A stretch of 64,000 nt of DNA from Nanobdellota archaeon (GCA_021852265.1 JAJZNV010000005.1:8402-72401); one strand, 5' to 3'. Positions 46,779-56,205 are shown, numbered from the stretch's first letter. The notes: a model not told the origin generated them from the letters alone. Program-made: numbers and translations.

Positions 46779-47414
46779 TTACTTATACAATAAAACATGT
46801 TTAGGAAAGTGGAGTAGAAGATAAAATGTATTAGAAATTGAATTCCTATAATCATCTTTTATATATGAAGTTATGCAGAATGGTTGCAAAGAAGTATCAA
46901 TTTTCATTCGTGGGTAAGTTTTGGTTTCTTTTTTGTTACAGTGTAGCTGAGCTATAAAGATTTTCTTCTTAATTTTCCCCCTAAGATTTTTGTATCTATA
47001 CAAACCATCACTTAAGGCTATACCATATTCACAACCATGACTAAATATAAAAACACTCTCCATGTTTTTATTTATAATAGCTCTTTCGAAATCTCGCCCT
47101 TTTTCAACAAAAATTATTTTGTAATTCAATTTTAGGTGTTTTAACCTATATAGAAGTAAGAAAATAGAATTACTGTAAATATGTATATTCTCTAAAGAAC
47201 TGCGCATCCCAGATATTTTACGTTTTCCAATTATAATTCCTACAAATTTTGTAGTTTTGTTGTATTTCTTTTTTTTGTTAGTATTTTTAGATACTCTTAA
47301 TAATATTGGCATGAAAATAATAGAGATTGCTATAAAAATAAAACTGATTACTAGCGGTATTACAAATGCTATTACAAGTATTATTGTTATTAATACAATT
47401 AATTGAAATGCCAT
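46779..47414 (-). CDS. Hypothetical membrane-anchored protein (casposon)
   Basis: 211 aa with an N-terminal hydrophobic helix pair followed by a Lys-rich linker. No family recognised. Confidence 0.35.
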   Translation of the reverse strand: MAFQLIVLITIILVIAFVIPLVISFIFIAISIIFMPILLRVSKNTNKKKKYNKTTKFVGIIIGKRKISGMRSSLENIHIYSNSIFLLLYRLKHLKLNYKIIFVEKGRDFERAIINKNMESVFIFSHGCEYGIALSDGLYRYKNLRGKIKKKIFIAQLHCNKKETKTYPRMKIDTSLQPFCITSYIKDDYRNSISNTFYLLLHFPKHVLLYK

Positions 47415-47595
47415 TTATATAATGATACAAAAACCAAATAAATATTTATAAAAGATTTTTAAGTCCGTAAGATTAGCGCCAAATGCTGATAAATAATAAA
47501 ATTTTATTATTCCCACCCTATAAAAATGGGCTAACTTGTGTTCCCCCTAATCAAAAAATAACAAATTATAATTTATTTATGGCAATTAAAAAGAT

Positions 47596-48986
47596 TTAAG
47601 AAACGCTGCCAAAGCTCACGGAAGGCATAACCCCCTCTGGAGCCAAATTTGCTAGAGCAATATAAAATATGATCATTTTTCCTGAATTAAGTTGAAAAAA
47701 TACACCTGTTTTAGCTGGAGTCGACATTTTTACACCACCAGTAATATAATTAACAAAATTTATTGAGGAGTATACATTTCTATTTAAGAAATACATTGAG
47801 AGTGGATACGTCTGATTCGCTACGGTACTTGGTATACTATAACCATAATAATCATTTGAAAGATTATATGTTTGAACACCATAATTACCATTACCGCCTG
47901 CGCCATTCAACCAATAAGTTGGCGCTGTATTTGGTCCACCAAATCCATCTCTTGCATATGAAGCATTAGAAAAAGATTGGAATAAAGTTATGTATAGATA
48001 ATCCGAAGGAGAGAAATAACCATAACTTCCGCCACTACTTGAGGATAAATGTAAACCATCATCTGCAGAACTTACGGGAGGCAACGGATTATAAGCACTA
48101 CTCCAACCATTTAATGAGGCGGAATTTTCAAAATTATTATAATAATAAAATAAATTGAACCCATCATCGTATTCTGCATAAGTGGAAGATAATTGAGGGG
48201 CTTCTCCATCGTTTACTGTATTGAAAAGATTAGTTGATGTAGGAGCGAAGCCCATGTAGATTGTCTGCTTTGAGCCTGCGGGATTGATGAGGTCAACTTG
48301 ACCCACCAGATTGCATGGGCTGATGTATAGTTTTCAAGCCAGGAATCTAGTATCTGGCCTGTTGAAGAGAAGAATTCGACGTTCTGGCCAAAAGGAGACG
48401 AAGAGATCTTTACCCAGCCTGGACTGGAGCTAGTGACGTTAATCATCTGCTGAAAAGGGGAAGGAGTGCCTTGACTTTGTGTGTTTGTTATATTTAAGGG
48501 TTCATATGAAGTAGCTGAAGAAGGGGGAGAAGCTGCTGTTCCTGAGACAGTTCCTGTTGAAGTGTATGGTCCCGGAAATATCTGTCCTGGCTCCAGGTAG
48601 GATATGACAGCAGAAACTGAATACCTTGCTCCTGGGCTGCATAATGATGATGAGGGTACCGTTACAGTCTGTATGCTATTGGGCTGGATTAGGATGTTTG
48701 GACTGTAGGTTGTCTTGCCTGATGAGGAGGTCAGGTTGATTTGGGTTATGTTTATAGGGTAACCTGTTGAGTCTCCCATTGATATTGTGAAGCTTGTTCC
48801 TCCTAGGCAGACTGCATTTATTGTTCCTAAATTGGAGAAGCCTGTTATTGTTGTTGACAGTGATGAAGAAGGTGAAAAGATACCTAGACTATATAAGACT
48901 GCTGCGACGATGACAATGACTAGTATGGCCCAGCCGTACGTCATCATATACTCCAATGCCGATTGGGATTTTCGTGGGAGACTCAT
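47596..48986 (-). pseudogene. Type IV pilin-like (class III signal peptide) surface protein with DUF2341-like domain, interrupted by a frameshift
   Basis: ORFs 48213-48986 and 47596-48306 overlap by 94 nt in different frames. Joined, they read ...AIWWVKLTSSIP / AGSKQTIYMGFAP..., a continuous DUF2341-like motif. The N-terminal 170 aa are paralogous to 49220-50404. The total length of 1391 nt is not divisible by 3. Confidence 0.65.
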
Positions 48987-49219
48987 ATAAGAGAAATAAG
49001 GGGAGTAAATAAATAGTTTTCATCGGGGCTACAGTAAACCACTTGATTAGGGCAGATTTTGCTCGAATCCAGTATTTATTACCTCGAAGGAGATTTAAAT
49101 TATGTTGTGTTCTATTAAAGTTATAGATTAAGAGAGTCATCGCCTAATAAATTCTGTTCTGCTTCAGGCGCTTAGACTTTATGTGCTTGTTTCTCTGCTA
49201 TTTGTGGTCAAGATATATA

Positions 49220-50404
49220 TTAGGAAAGCCCAGTATCCTGGTAATTACTTGTAAACAGAACATCTGAAACAATTCCATTTTTATTATTTCCGCTGTAATC
49301 CACAGCTGAACCATTCAAGGGCCAAAATACATCTATATTCATCCCACTAAGCGGTTTGCCTGTTAATCCGCTCGTGTACAATTGTTTTATTTGTGCAGGC
49401 GAAAGAGAACTATTATAGTATTGAAAGTTACTAACAAAACCATCTATTGTAGATGCTATACTTGGAGAGGATGAACTAAATATATTTGTTGGGTGTCCAT
49501 TTGGATAACCTAAATAAAAACATACGCTGCCAGGCGGCCAGCTTTCTGCCCCAGTATTAGATGAAACTAAGTTTCCATTTAAATATAAAGAATCATTATC
49601 AGTGGCGTTGTTATAAGACAGAACTGTATAGTACCATTCTCCTTGGTGTACGCTTGGACTTACTAGGTCAGGAAGATTCCATACCGATCCCCAGATAACT
49701 CCTGAGTTTAGGCCTAGGGGCGACATAGAGCCTGTGCAAAGTAATTGAATGAATGGCTGCACGGAATTCACATTAGATATTGAATTCATATAAACCCACA
49801 TCGAAAATGTTTTTGGTGAATTCGTTTCCATAGCTAAATTACTTATTTCTATTGTGCTTATCGGCGAACTACCCCCAGCGGTTGAATTTTGACCAAAGAA
49901 TTCAGCTACATATTTCGGTAAAATTAAAGAAGAAGACGTTCCAGAAACCGTTCCACTCGAGATATATGGTCCCGGGAATGTCTGACTTGGTTCAGTGTAG
50001 TTTACTGTCACAGCAAGAGAGTAGCGTGAGCCTGCTGCCGGACAAATGTTCGGAACTGAGAATATGTAACTCGAAGTAGGCTGGATTATTGGATTTGGGT
50101 CCACGGTTGAATTTGGCTTGAATGTGGAGATCTGACCAGTGGATGATTTTGCTGTGACACTAGTAATATTTATTGGGTAACCTGTGGAGTCTCCTAAGCT
50201 TATTCTTAATATTCCGTTGGCTGTGCACTCTCCCGTAACACTGCCCAGGTTGGAGAAACCGGTTACTGTTGAAGACAATGAGGATGCTGGAGAAAATATT
50301 CCCAAACTGTATAAAACCCCTGCTACTATCACAATGACTAGTATGGCCCAGCCATAAGTCATCATATACTCCAGTGCTGATTGGGATCTTCGTGGTAGAC
50401 TCAT
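49220..50404 (-). CDS. Type IV pilin-like (class III signal peptide) surface protein with C-terminal LamG/ConA-like lectin domain
   Basis: 394 aa. N-terminus MSLPRRSQSALEYMMTYGWAILVIVIVAGVL (prepilin-type signal plus hydrophobic helix). C-terminal FSMWVYMN...GEWYYTVLSYNNATDNDSLYLNGNLV is typical of Laminin-G-3-like domains. Confidence 0.7.
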   Translation of the reverse strand: MSLPRRSQSALEYMMTYGWAILVIVIVAGVLYSLGIFSPASSLSSTVTGFSNLGSVTGECTANGILRISLGDSTGYPINITSVTAKSSTGQISTFKPNSTVDPNPIIQPTSSYIFSVPNICPAAGSRYSLAVTVNYTEPSQTFPGPYISSGTVSGTSSSLILPKYVAEFFGQNSTAGGSSPISTIEISNLAMETNSPKTFSMWVYMNSISNVNSVQPFIQLLCTGSMSPLGLNSGVIWGSVWNLPDLVSPSVHQGEWYYTVLSYNNATDNDSLYLNGNLVSSNTGAESWPPGSVCFYLGYPNGHPTNIFSSSSPSIASTIDGFVSNFQYYNSSLSPAQIKQLYTSGLTGKPLSGMNIDVFWPLNGSAVDYSGNNKNGIVSDVLFTSNYQDTGLS

Positions 50405-50470
50405 ATGATAGAGAAGGCAAGAGGAAATAAATAGTTTTCATTGGACTGCGGAAAGTCAAATTTTAAACCT

Positions 50471-50693
50471 CGAGTTCTCGAACTTTTCCCCTTTTTCACG
50501 AATCACTAATTAGTGAGTTTTCTCGCAGATGAATCCGAGATGACCCCTACTTTACTCTTAGAATACTCCTAAATGAAACCTATACAAATTAGATATTGAT
50601 TTTAAATGATTTGGGCATGAATTATTGAAAGTATATACTTTTGTATATATACTGGGGCAGGAGTGAAATTAAGGAAGAGATATACTATACCCC
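50471..50693. repeat. Right terminal inverted repeat (223 bp)
   Basis: Exact reverse complement of 37158-37380. Confidence 0.95.
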
Positions 50694-50707
50694 CCCTATT
50701 CTGATTG
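50694..50707. repeat. Target-site duplication, right copy (ccctattctgattg)
   Basis: Identical to 37144-37157 and directly abuts the right TIR. Confidence 0.85.
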
Positions 50708-50720
50708 AAGAGGGATAATT

Positions 50721-52259
50721 TTATACATTACCGAAAAGACTGTTCACATAGTTGCAGGTATTCTGGATTATCGTGGAGTTAAAAGAGATCCATGTGCATG
50801 GTTCAAATGGCAGCGTGGTTTGGTTAATTGAAGCAAGATACTGATTTTTTAAGATAAAATAATCTATGTTAACTTTATAAAAGCTGCAACTATTTTTGCC
50901 ATAAATGTAAACATTGCCATAGCTATAACGCAATGGGAGAGAAATGTTGCTCATAGGAAAGTAACTTATTATCGGCTCTGATATGTTATTTACATTGTAT
51001 GGTAATGGTGCGGCAGGTATACCATAATAATCTAAGTAAACCCATTCATTCGAATAAACTGTGCAGTTCATAGTTCCATAGATTGAACTAAAAGGCACCG
51101 ATGCCCCGCTTAATTGGCTCATTGCTATTAGATTCCCATTAGTAGGAGATACTGCCGAAAAAATTATACATGCTGAGATTAAGAGAGATACAAGCGCAAA
51201 ACAGAATATCCAAAAATAATCCCTTCTTGTGAACGTAGCCGATAAAATTAATATGGAAAAAATGAGCGTTAGTAAAAAGAACCTAAATGTAGCATCACTA
51301 TTGCTAACTAACCCATAAGCCCTATAGTAAATGAAAAATGCTAGCACAAGTCCGCCAAATAATACTGAGTTTCTCTTATTAAGTGTTTTCTTCAGGAATT
51401 TGTTTCTGTAAATTGCATATCCAACTATAATCAGTCCTGCAGGTATTACTAGTTCGATTAGTCCATTAAGAATAAAATGCGTCGCCCAATAAAAACCACG
51501 CGCGATAGTAATCCCAAACGACAGGTAAGCCACCGCAAAACCATAAATAAAATTACCGTATCTAATATAATTAAAAAAGAAGTAAGGTAGCAAGGTAACT
51601 ATAAATATCACTGCATTTTTTATGAATAAAATTGTATTCTTTGCATGCTGCTTATTGACGAATAAAAACAGAAGCAGCGGAGCAAATAATATGGCGTAAT
51701 ATTTAGATAAGAATGCCAATGCTAGGAAGAACCCTGCCAGAACATCACGTTTGTAGATACTCGAAACAAAAAGAATAAGAAATGAGAAGGTAATAAGCTC
51801 GGCGCCGTTCATCATCCCGTATGCGAGCAGGAAAAAGTTCATGCAGAGAGAGACAGAAATAAACATATCTATACCAGTCAGTTTTGTTATGCGATAAATT
51901 GCGTAAAAAAATATTACATTAGAGAGAAGTATAAACCCGTAGACGGCATAATTTCCCATAACAAAGGCGAGGAGGCCTATTATAAAACTCTCTAAAATCG
52001 CACGGAAATTCTCAAAATAATAACCATTATGTAAAAGATAATTTCCATTTAGTATTCTAACTACCATATCCCATGACTGGAAATAAAAGAACTGTAAACA
52101 AAATATCAGCGTTGAGGCCAGGAAATAAAAGATAAGAATATAGCGCAGATTTTTATGGATAAAATCTGATAATTGTTTGTTTATAGACCGTATTTTTGTG
52201 CCAATTACGCCATAGCGTGTAATTTTATCTGTTATGATATGAAAATATCGCGTGCCCAT
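50721..52259 (-). CDS. Polytopic integral membrane protein (possible GT-C-type glycosyltransferase)
   Basis: 512 aa with more than 10 hydrophobic helices and a C-terminal soluble domain. The topology resembles ArnT/PMT-like enzymes, but no diagnostic motif was verified. Confidence 0.35.
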   Translation of the reverse strand: MGTRYFHIITDKITRYGVIGTKIRSINKQLSDFIHKNLRYILIFYFLASTLIFCLQFFYFQSWDMVVRILNGNYLLHNGYYFENFRAILESFIIGLLAFVMGNYAVYGFILLSNVIFFYAIYRITKLTGIDMFISVSLCMNFFLLAYGMMNGAELITFSFLILFVSSIYKRDVLAGFFLALAFLSKYYAILFAPLLLFLFVNKQHAKNTILFIKNAVIFIVTLLPYFFFNYIRYGNFIYGFAVAYLSFGITIARGFYWATHFILNGLIELVIPAGLIIVGYAIYRNKFLKKTLNKRNSVLFGGLVLAFFIYYRAYGLVSNSDATFRFFLLTLIFSILILSATFTRRDYFWIFCFALVSLLISACIIFSAVSPTNGNLIAMSQLSGASVPFSSIYGTMNCTVYSNEWVYLDYYGIPAAPLPYNVNNISEPIISYFPMSNISLPLRYSYGNVYIYGKNSCSFYKVNIDYFILKNQYLASINQTTLPFEPCTWISFNSTIIQNTCNYVNSLFGNV

Positions 52260-52311
52260 GTATAGTAATCTAGACTATAATATAAAAATAAGGATTCAAC
52301 CGTTATGTTCG

Positions 52312-52845
52312 TTAAATAAAATTAAATACGCCGCTCTTGGTGAGATATTCTGCTAGCAAGACCGTATCCAGTGCACCGGCATCTTTTATTATGGTTTCGA
52401 AGTGATCTGGATCAGATTTTAATTTGCAGTTTAAGTCTTTAAACTGCCCTGCATTCGTTGTTATAATACCTCTAATAAGATTATAGTGGGGATAAGAAAG
52501 ATGGTATTTTAGCCTTGATGCAAATTCAGAAACATATCCATATCCTACGCCGGAAAGTTCGAAGGCGATACGTCCAAAATCGTATGTAGACGTTCCCGCG
52601 GATTCAGATAAATGTGAATATTTTGATATATCTATAGTTTTTTCGCCGTTAGAAATACGCATCGCGGACACTGCGCACAGTGAGGTGTAAAGTCCATGTG
52701 CGAGGCCGCGGTAATCAGTAGATTTATCTTCATCTCGCCAAAAGTATGCTTCCAATGATTTAGCGAGTGAAATATAAGTGCTAGACTCACGATTTGTAAT
52801 TATCAGGTCGGCCTTTTCAAGTTCACAGAGGTTTTTTGATATCAT
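52312..52845 (-). CDS. Hypothetical protein
   Basis: 177-aa ORF with no family recognised. Confidence 0.4.
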   Translation of the reverse strand: MISKNLCELEKADLIITNRESSTYISLAKSLEAYFWRDEDKSTDYRGLAHGLYTSLCAVSAMRISNGEKTIDISKYSHLSESAGTSTYDFGRIAFELSGVGYGYVSEFASRLKYHLSYPHYNLIRGIITTNAGQFKDLNCKLKSDPDHFETIIKDAGALDTVLLAEYLTKSGVFNFI

Positions 52846-53048
52846 TTTAAATCGTATGATGTATTTCCCGTTCTTTTCGGATATCTATAGAAAGAAAGTA
52901 ATATATAAGGTTTTTTATACATAATTAGTATCACTTCACAAAGAGTGTTTTTTAATATAAAATAAAAATTATGGCTGCCATGCGCACACATCAACATCTC
53001 AAAATGATTAAGAAAGGTATAAATATCTAGCAACTATACGTCATATCT

Positions 53049-53318
53049 ATGGCTGAGTCAGATACAAAAAAAACCACAAGAAGACTATTGTTACATGAAA
53101 AGCCTTTTATGCTCTTGCAGACAATTGCAAACAATGATGGCAGGATATATTCTGCCAGAATCTCAAAAAAAATAGACTGCAGTTATGCTTACATCGTAAA
53201 GCTGATAAAAGTAATGAATAAACTCGGACTGACTACTTTCGAAGGTACTAAACACAAGAAGCTGATAAGTCTTACAGTTAAAGGAAAGAAAGTCTTTAAA
53301 CTTCTGTCAGAGATCTAA
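53049..53318 (+). CDS. Small winged-helix transcriptional regulator
   Basis: 89 aa. wHTH-like ARISKKIDCSYAYIVKLIKVMNKLGLTTFEGTKHKKLISLTVKG. Confidence 0.5.
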   Translation: MAESDTKKTTRRLLLHEKPFMLLQTIANNDGRIYSARISKKIDCSYAYIVKLIKVMNKLGLTTFEGTKHKKLISLTVKGKKVFKLLSEI

Positions 53319-53783
53319 TTGTTCATCGATCTTGTTTGCGTACTCGCCCACTCTGCTTATTATTCTTTCAATAATATATGGTCTTATAAATGCATCAAGA
53401 AGCTCGTGTAGTTTCATGTTTTCTTTTATACGGTATTTGTTTTCCCTACGTTCGACAACACCTACAGCGATGAGCTTCCTTAGATCTCTGAGTATATTCG
53501 CATAAACTATTTTTACATCCTTCTGATAGAGTTCTTTTATTATAGCGTAGCTGTCCAATCCATCCGGATTCTTTTTCCTAGTTTTAAGCAGCAAGTCTAG
53601 TATATGAACTATTCCGACCCTGCTCTCACCAGGGCTGATAACCCCTAAGGATATGCAGAAACGCCTTAAGTTTGTCATATAATCCGTGCCCGGTTTTTCG
53701 AATTCATTAAGGCTAATACCTGCAAGAGGCTTATCTTTATACAAGCGTTTTCTTATGTCTCCGTTTTCTTCACGGCTTTCCAT
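53307..53783 (-). CDS. Winged-helix domain protein
   Basis: 158 aa. YANILRDLRKLIAVGVVERRENKYRIK is wHTH-like. Its start abuts the stop of the upstream coiled-coil gene. Confidence 0.45.
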   Translation of the reverse strand: MESREENGDIRKRLYKDKPLAGISLNEFEKPGTDYMTNLRRFCISLGVISPGESRVGIVHILDLLLKTRKKNPDGLDSYAIIKELYQKDVKIVYANILRDLRKLIAVGVVERRENKYRIKENMKLHELLDAFIRPYIIERIISRVGEYANKIDEQLDL

Positions 53784-55043
53784 CTACACTCCCTTTGATA
53801 TCCTATCAAGTCGGTTGTGCATTTCCATGATGTCTTCTTTGGTCGCAAACAGCGGAAGTTTTCCTTTTATTTTGTCTAGTTCGGTTTGTATACCATCAAT
53901 TTTGTTTGCAGTCTCATTTAGTTTTGTATTTATGTCTATGACTTTGTTCATGTAAGATTTCATCTCGTTGAACATTACTTCTACTCTCGACATTTGGGCA
54001 TTTATTCTAGATTCCTCATCTTCTATCGTTTTTGCAGTTGTTTGGACAGTTTCAAAAAGTTTATTCGCATTTTTTACCACAGAAAGGTCCGATACTTTAC
54101 CGGATAGAGCGGCGATGCCCTTTTCCAGACCGTTGTAGTTCTCCAGTACTTTCGTTAATTCTTTATCTAAAGTTTCTGTGCGATCCTCAGTTTTTCTTAT
54201 AGCTATGTTTAAAGTCTCTGGGTTGTATGTGCTTACACTAGAGGTTGCAGCCCTAGCGATGCTTATAAAATCCATAACATGCTTCTGTGTATCGACTATA
54301 CCCTGCTGAACGTTCTGGAACTCTTTGCCGATAGTTTCTAGTTTAAGATTCAATCCATTTGATTCTACGGTAAGTGCATTTGTAGCGTTTGTAATACTCT
54401 CAAATCTAGCATTTATGTTTGAGTGGAGCCTTTTGAGTTCATTAACATCATCAGCTAATCTGTTAATGTTTGGTAAACCTGAATAAAGGTCCTCAGTAAT
54501 CTTATTTATTTTAGAGGCCAGTTCATTGTCATTTGTTTTTAATTCATTTATATTCGCACTAGTCATCCCTGAAAATTTATTAATTGCCTCGTTCATTTTT
54601 GTCACTGCCGAAGTCGTCATATTTGAATCAGCGCCAACTTTTTGTGAGACCGAATTAAAATTATTTACAGTTTTAGTAAGCTCAGTAGATAACTTGCCTA
54701 AGTTTTGAGAAATCGTGTCCACATCCCCGTTTAACTTATTTATCCGACCGAAAGAATCCTTATAGTTTTGATTTAATCGATCTATAGCCGAATTAAAGCT
54801 CATTATCGTATCATTTATATTCGTAGCGAGCCTATCAACTTTGTCGCCTATTTTTTCTACGTATGCAGGATCGACACGGTCCTTCCTGCCCTTATCTAAT
54901 TCATTTACGCTCTGTGCTATAACTCCTAATTTTTTGTATATGTCTGAAATTGTCGAGTTAAGGTAACTATTAAAATCCTCAACCTTTTTGGCATAAGTTT
55001 CATAGTCTTTAGAAACGCCATTTGCTTGCGAATCGATATGCAT
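53784..55043 (-). CDS. Long coiled-coil protein, N/S/T/K-rich, function unknown
   Basis: 419 aa with heptad-like periodicity throughout and no catalytic motifs. Confidence 0.45.
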   Translation of the reverse strand: MHIDSQANGVSKDYETYAKKVEDFNSYLNSTISDIYKKLGVIAQSVNELDKGRKDRVDPAYVEKIGDKVDRLATNINDTIMSFNSAIDRLNQNYKDSFGRINKLNGDVDTISQNLGKLSTELTKTVNNFNSVSQKVGADSNMTTSAVTKMNEAINKFSGMTSANINELKTNDNELASKINKITEDLYSGLPNINRLADDVNELKRLHSNINARFESITNATNALTVESNGLNLKLETIGKEFQNVQQGIVDTQKHVMDFISIARAATSSVSTYNPETLNIAIRKTEDRTETLDKELTKVLENYNGLEKGIAALSGKVSDLSVVKNANKLFETVQTTAKTIEDEESRINAQMSRVEVMFNEMKSYMNKVIDINTKLNETANKIDGIQTELDKIKGKLPLFATKEDIMEMHNRLDRISKGV

Positions 55044-55082
55044 GAAGTTTATTGCTATTATTGATATTTAAAGATTTAATAT

Positions 55083-55997
55083 TTAATTCGATTTAATTCC
55101 GTTTATCTGTATTTTTATTAAGCAAGCTTCACAAATGTCATTTGAACTCGGCATTTTACACAATTTACAGTTGCTTATAGTTTTGTATGTGCTGTTTTTT
55201 ACACAAGTGTCTCTTAATGCCATCATAACATCAATCAGATTTCTTTTTGAACCCGCCATTTCAGATTCTATTTCCTTTATTTTCCGTGACATGACTCCTC
55301 TAAAACCGAAACCCGCATATGGGCAAGGAGTGTGCAATGCAGTTATGCCATTTAAAATTGAAAACAGCATCGTTTCCTTTTCGCTTAAAAACATTAATGG
55401 TTTTATTCTCGGTACGAACCCATCAGATTCTACTACGCCAGAAACTGGGCCTAAACGTACCATCTTCTCTAAATCATTTTGGAACAGGTTCATTAAAACA
55501 TTCTCCGCTTCATCATCCATATTGTGGGCAGTCGCAATTTTGTCAGCCCCCGTCTCCATAGCCGCAAAGTTTAGCATATGTCTTCTTAATACTCCACAGG
55601 CAGCGCAAGGTATTCCTTCGCGTATTTTCGTTATACTATCCATCGTCGCGCCCACGAAATCTTTGTAAGAATATACGCAGTACTCTACCTTCCATGAATC
55701 ACAATATTTTTTCATCGTCTCCATAGTCTTATTCCTATAACCGGCGATTCCCTCATCTATCGTTATAGAAATTATCTTATTTTTATTTCCGAAATTTTTA
55801 GAAAGCACATATAAAAGTGATAGAGAGTCCTTCCCTCCAGAGTTTGCTACAGCAATTATTTCACCACGTCTTATTAGTTTGTATTTTTTTATTGTCTCCA
55901 TTACGACGCTTTCAAATTTCTTCTTGAAGTGGGTCTCGCACAGTGTGCCGTTTCTTGTTGATATAACTGCAATACCCTCACAGATTTCACATCGCAT
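55083..55997 (-). CDS. ttuA: tRNA 2-thiolation PP-loop ATPase (TtuA/NcsA/Ctu1 family)
   Basis: 304 aa. N-terminal CEICEG...CETHF zinc finger, PP-loop ANSGGKDSLSL, central CAACG and C-terminal CKLCK...CEAC. Confidence 0.75.
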   Translation of the reverse strand: MRCEICEGIAVISTRNGTLCETHFKKKFESVVMETIKKYKLIRRGEIIAVANSGGKDSLSLLYVLSKNFGNKNKIISITIDEGIAGYRNKTMETMKKYCDSWKVEYCVYSYKDFVGATMDSITKIREGIPCAACGVLRRHMLNFAAMETGADKIATAHNMDDEAENVLMNLFQNDLEKMVRLGPVSGVVESDGFVPRIKPLMFLSEKETMLFSILNGITALHTPCPYAGFGFRGVMSRKIKEIESEMAGSKRNLIDVMMALRDTCVKNSTYKTISNCKLCKMPSSNDICEACLIKIQINGIKSN

Positions 55998-55998
55998 A

Positions 55999-56205
55999 TT
56001 ATCCGCCCGAAAAAACCTCTATAATGCTCACACTGGAGCCATCCCTAAGTTTTCTATCCTTTGTAAATATCTTGCCGTCCTCTCCAACAATTAGGATAGA
56101 ATCATCGTTAGCATTGAGTTTTCCTATTAATTCATTCACACTGCCAGTTTTCAAAGACACCTTTCGTGTTTTTTGATTTAAACCGTTAACTTTTACAGAT
56201 ATCAT
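55999..56205 (-). CDS. Ubiquitin-like sulfur carrier (ThiS/MoaD/TtuB/SAMP-like) ending in Gly-Gly
   Basis: 68 aa with C-terminus ...IIEVFSGG. Lies immediately upstream of the TtuA-like gene. Confidence 0.7.
   Translation of the reverse strand: MISVKVNGLNQKTRKVSLKTGSVNELIGKLNANDDSILIVGEDGKIFTKDRKLRDGSSVSIIEVFSGG

Larger units (their letters stand above)
37158..50693. mobile_element. Casposon-like self-synthesizing transposon (Cas1 casposase + family B DNA polymerase), 13,536 bp
   Basis: Perfect 223-bp TIRs, flanking 14-bp direct TSD, insertion at a tRNA 3' end, Cas1 + PolB + two HNH + wHTH genes. No CRISPR repeats or cas2 in the window. Visibly more AT-rich than the flanks. Confidence 0.85.

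Noticed and set aside
46779-47414. Possible caspase/peptidase-like His-Cys dyad (IFSHGCEYG ... AQLHCNKK) in the 211-aa casposon membrane protein
   Set aside because: The idea rests on two short, common tripeptide contexts only. The spacing and surrounding secondary-structure pattern could not be verified by eye, so the protein is kept as hypothetical.
37158-50693. The element as an integrated provirus or tyrosine-integrase island
   Set aside because: No capsid, terminase, portal or tyrosine/serine recombinase-like ORFs were recognised. The ends are long inverted repeats with a short TSD, not direct att repeats made of a tRNA fragment.
50721-52259. The 512-aa polytopic membrane protein as casposon cargo
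   Set aside because: It lies outside the right TSD copy (50694-50707), so it is chromosomal flank. Its functional link to the element's glycosyltransferase and pilin genes is speculative.
52842-53033. 63-aa ORF upstream of the 177-aa gene
   Set aside because: It is an AT-rich intergenic reading frame with an implausible composition and no start context, and is probably promoter DNA for divergent genes.
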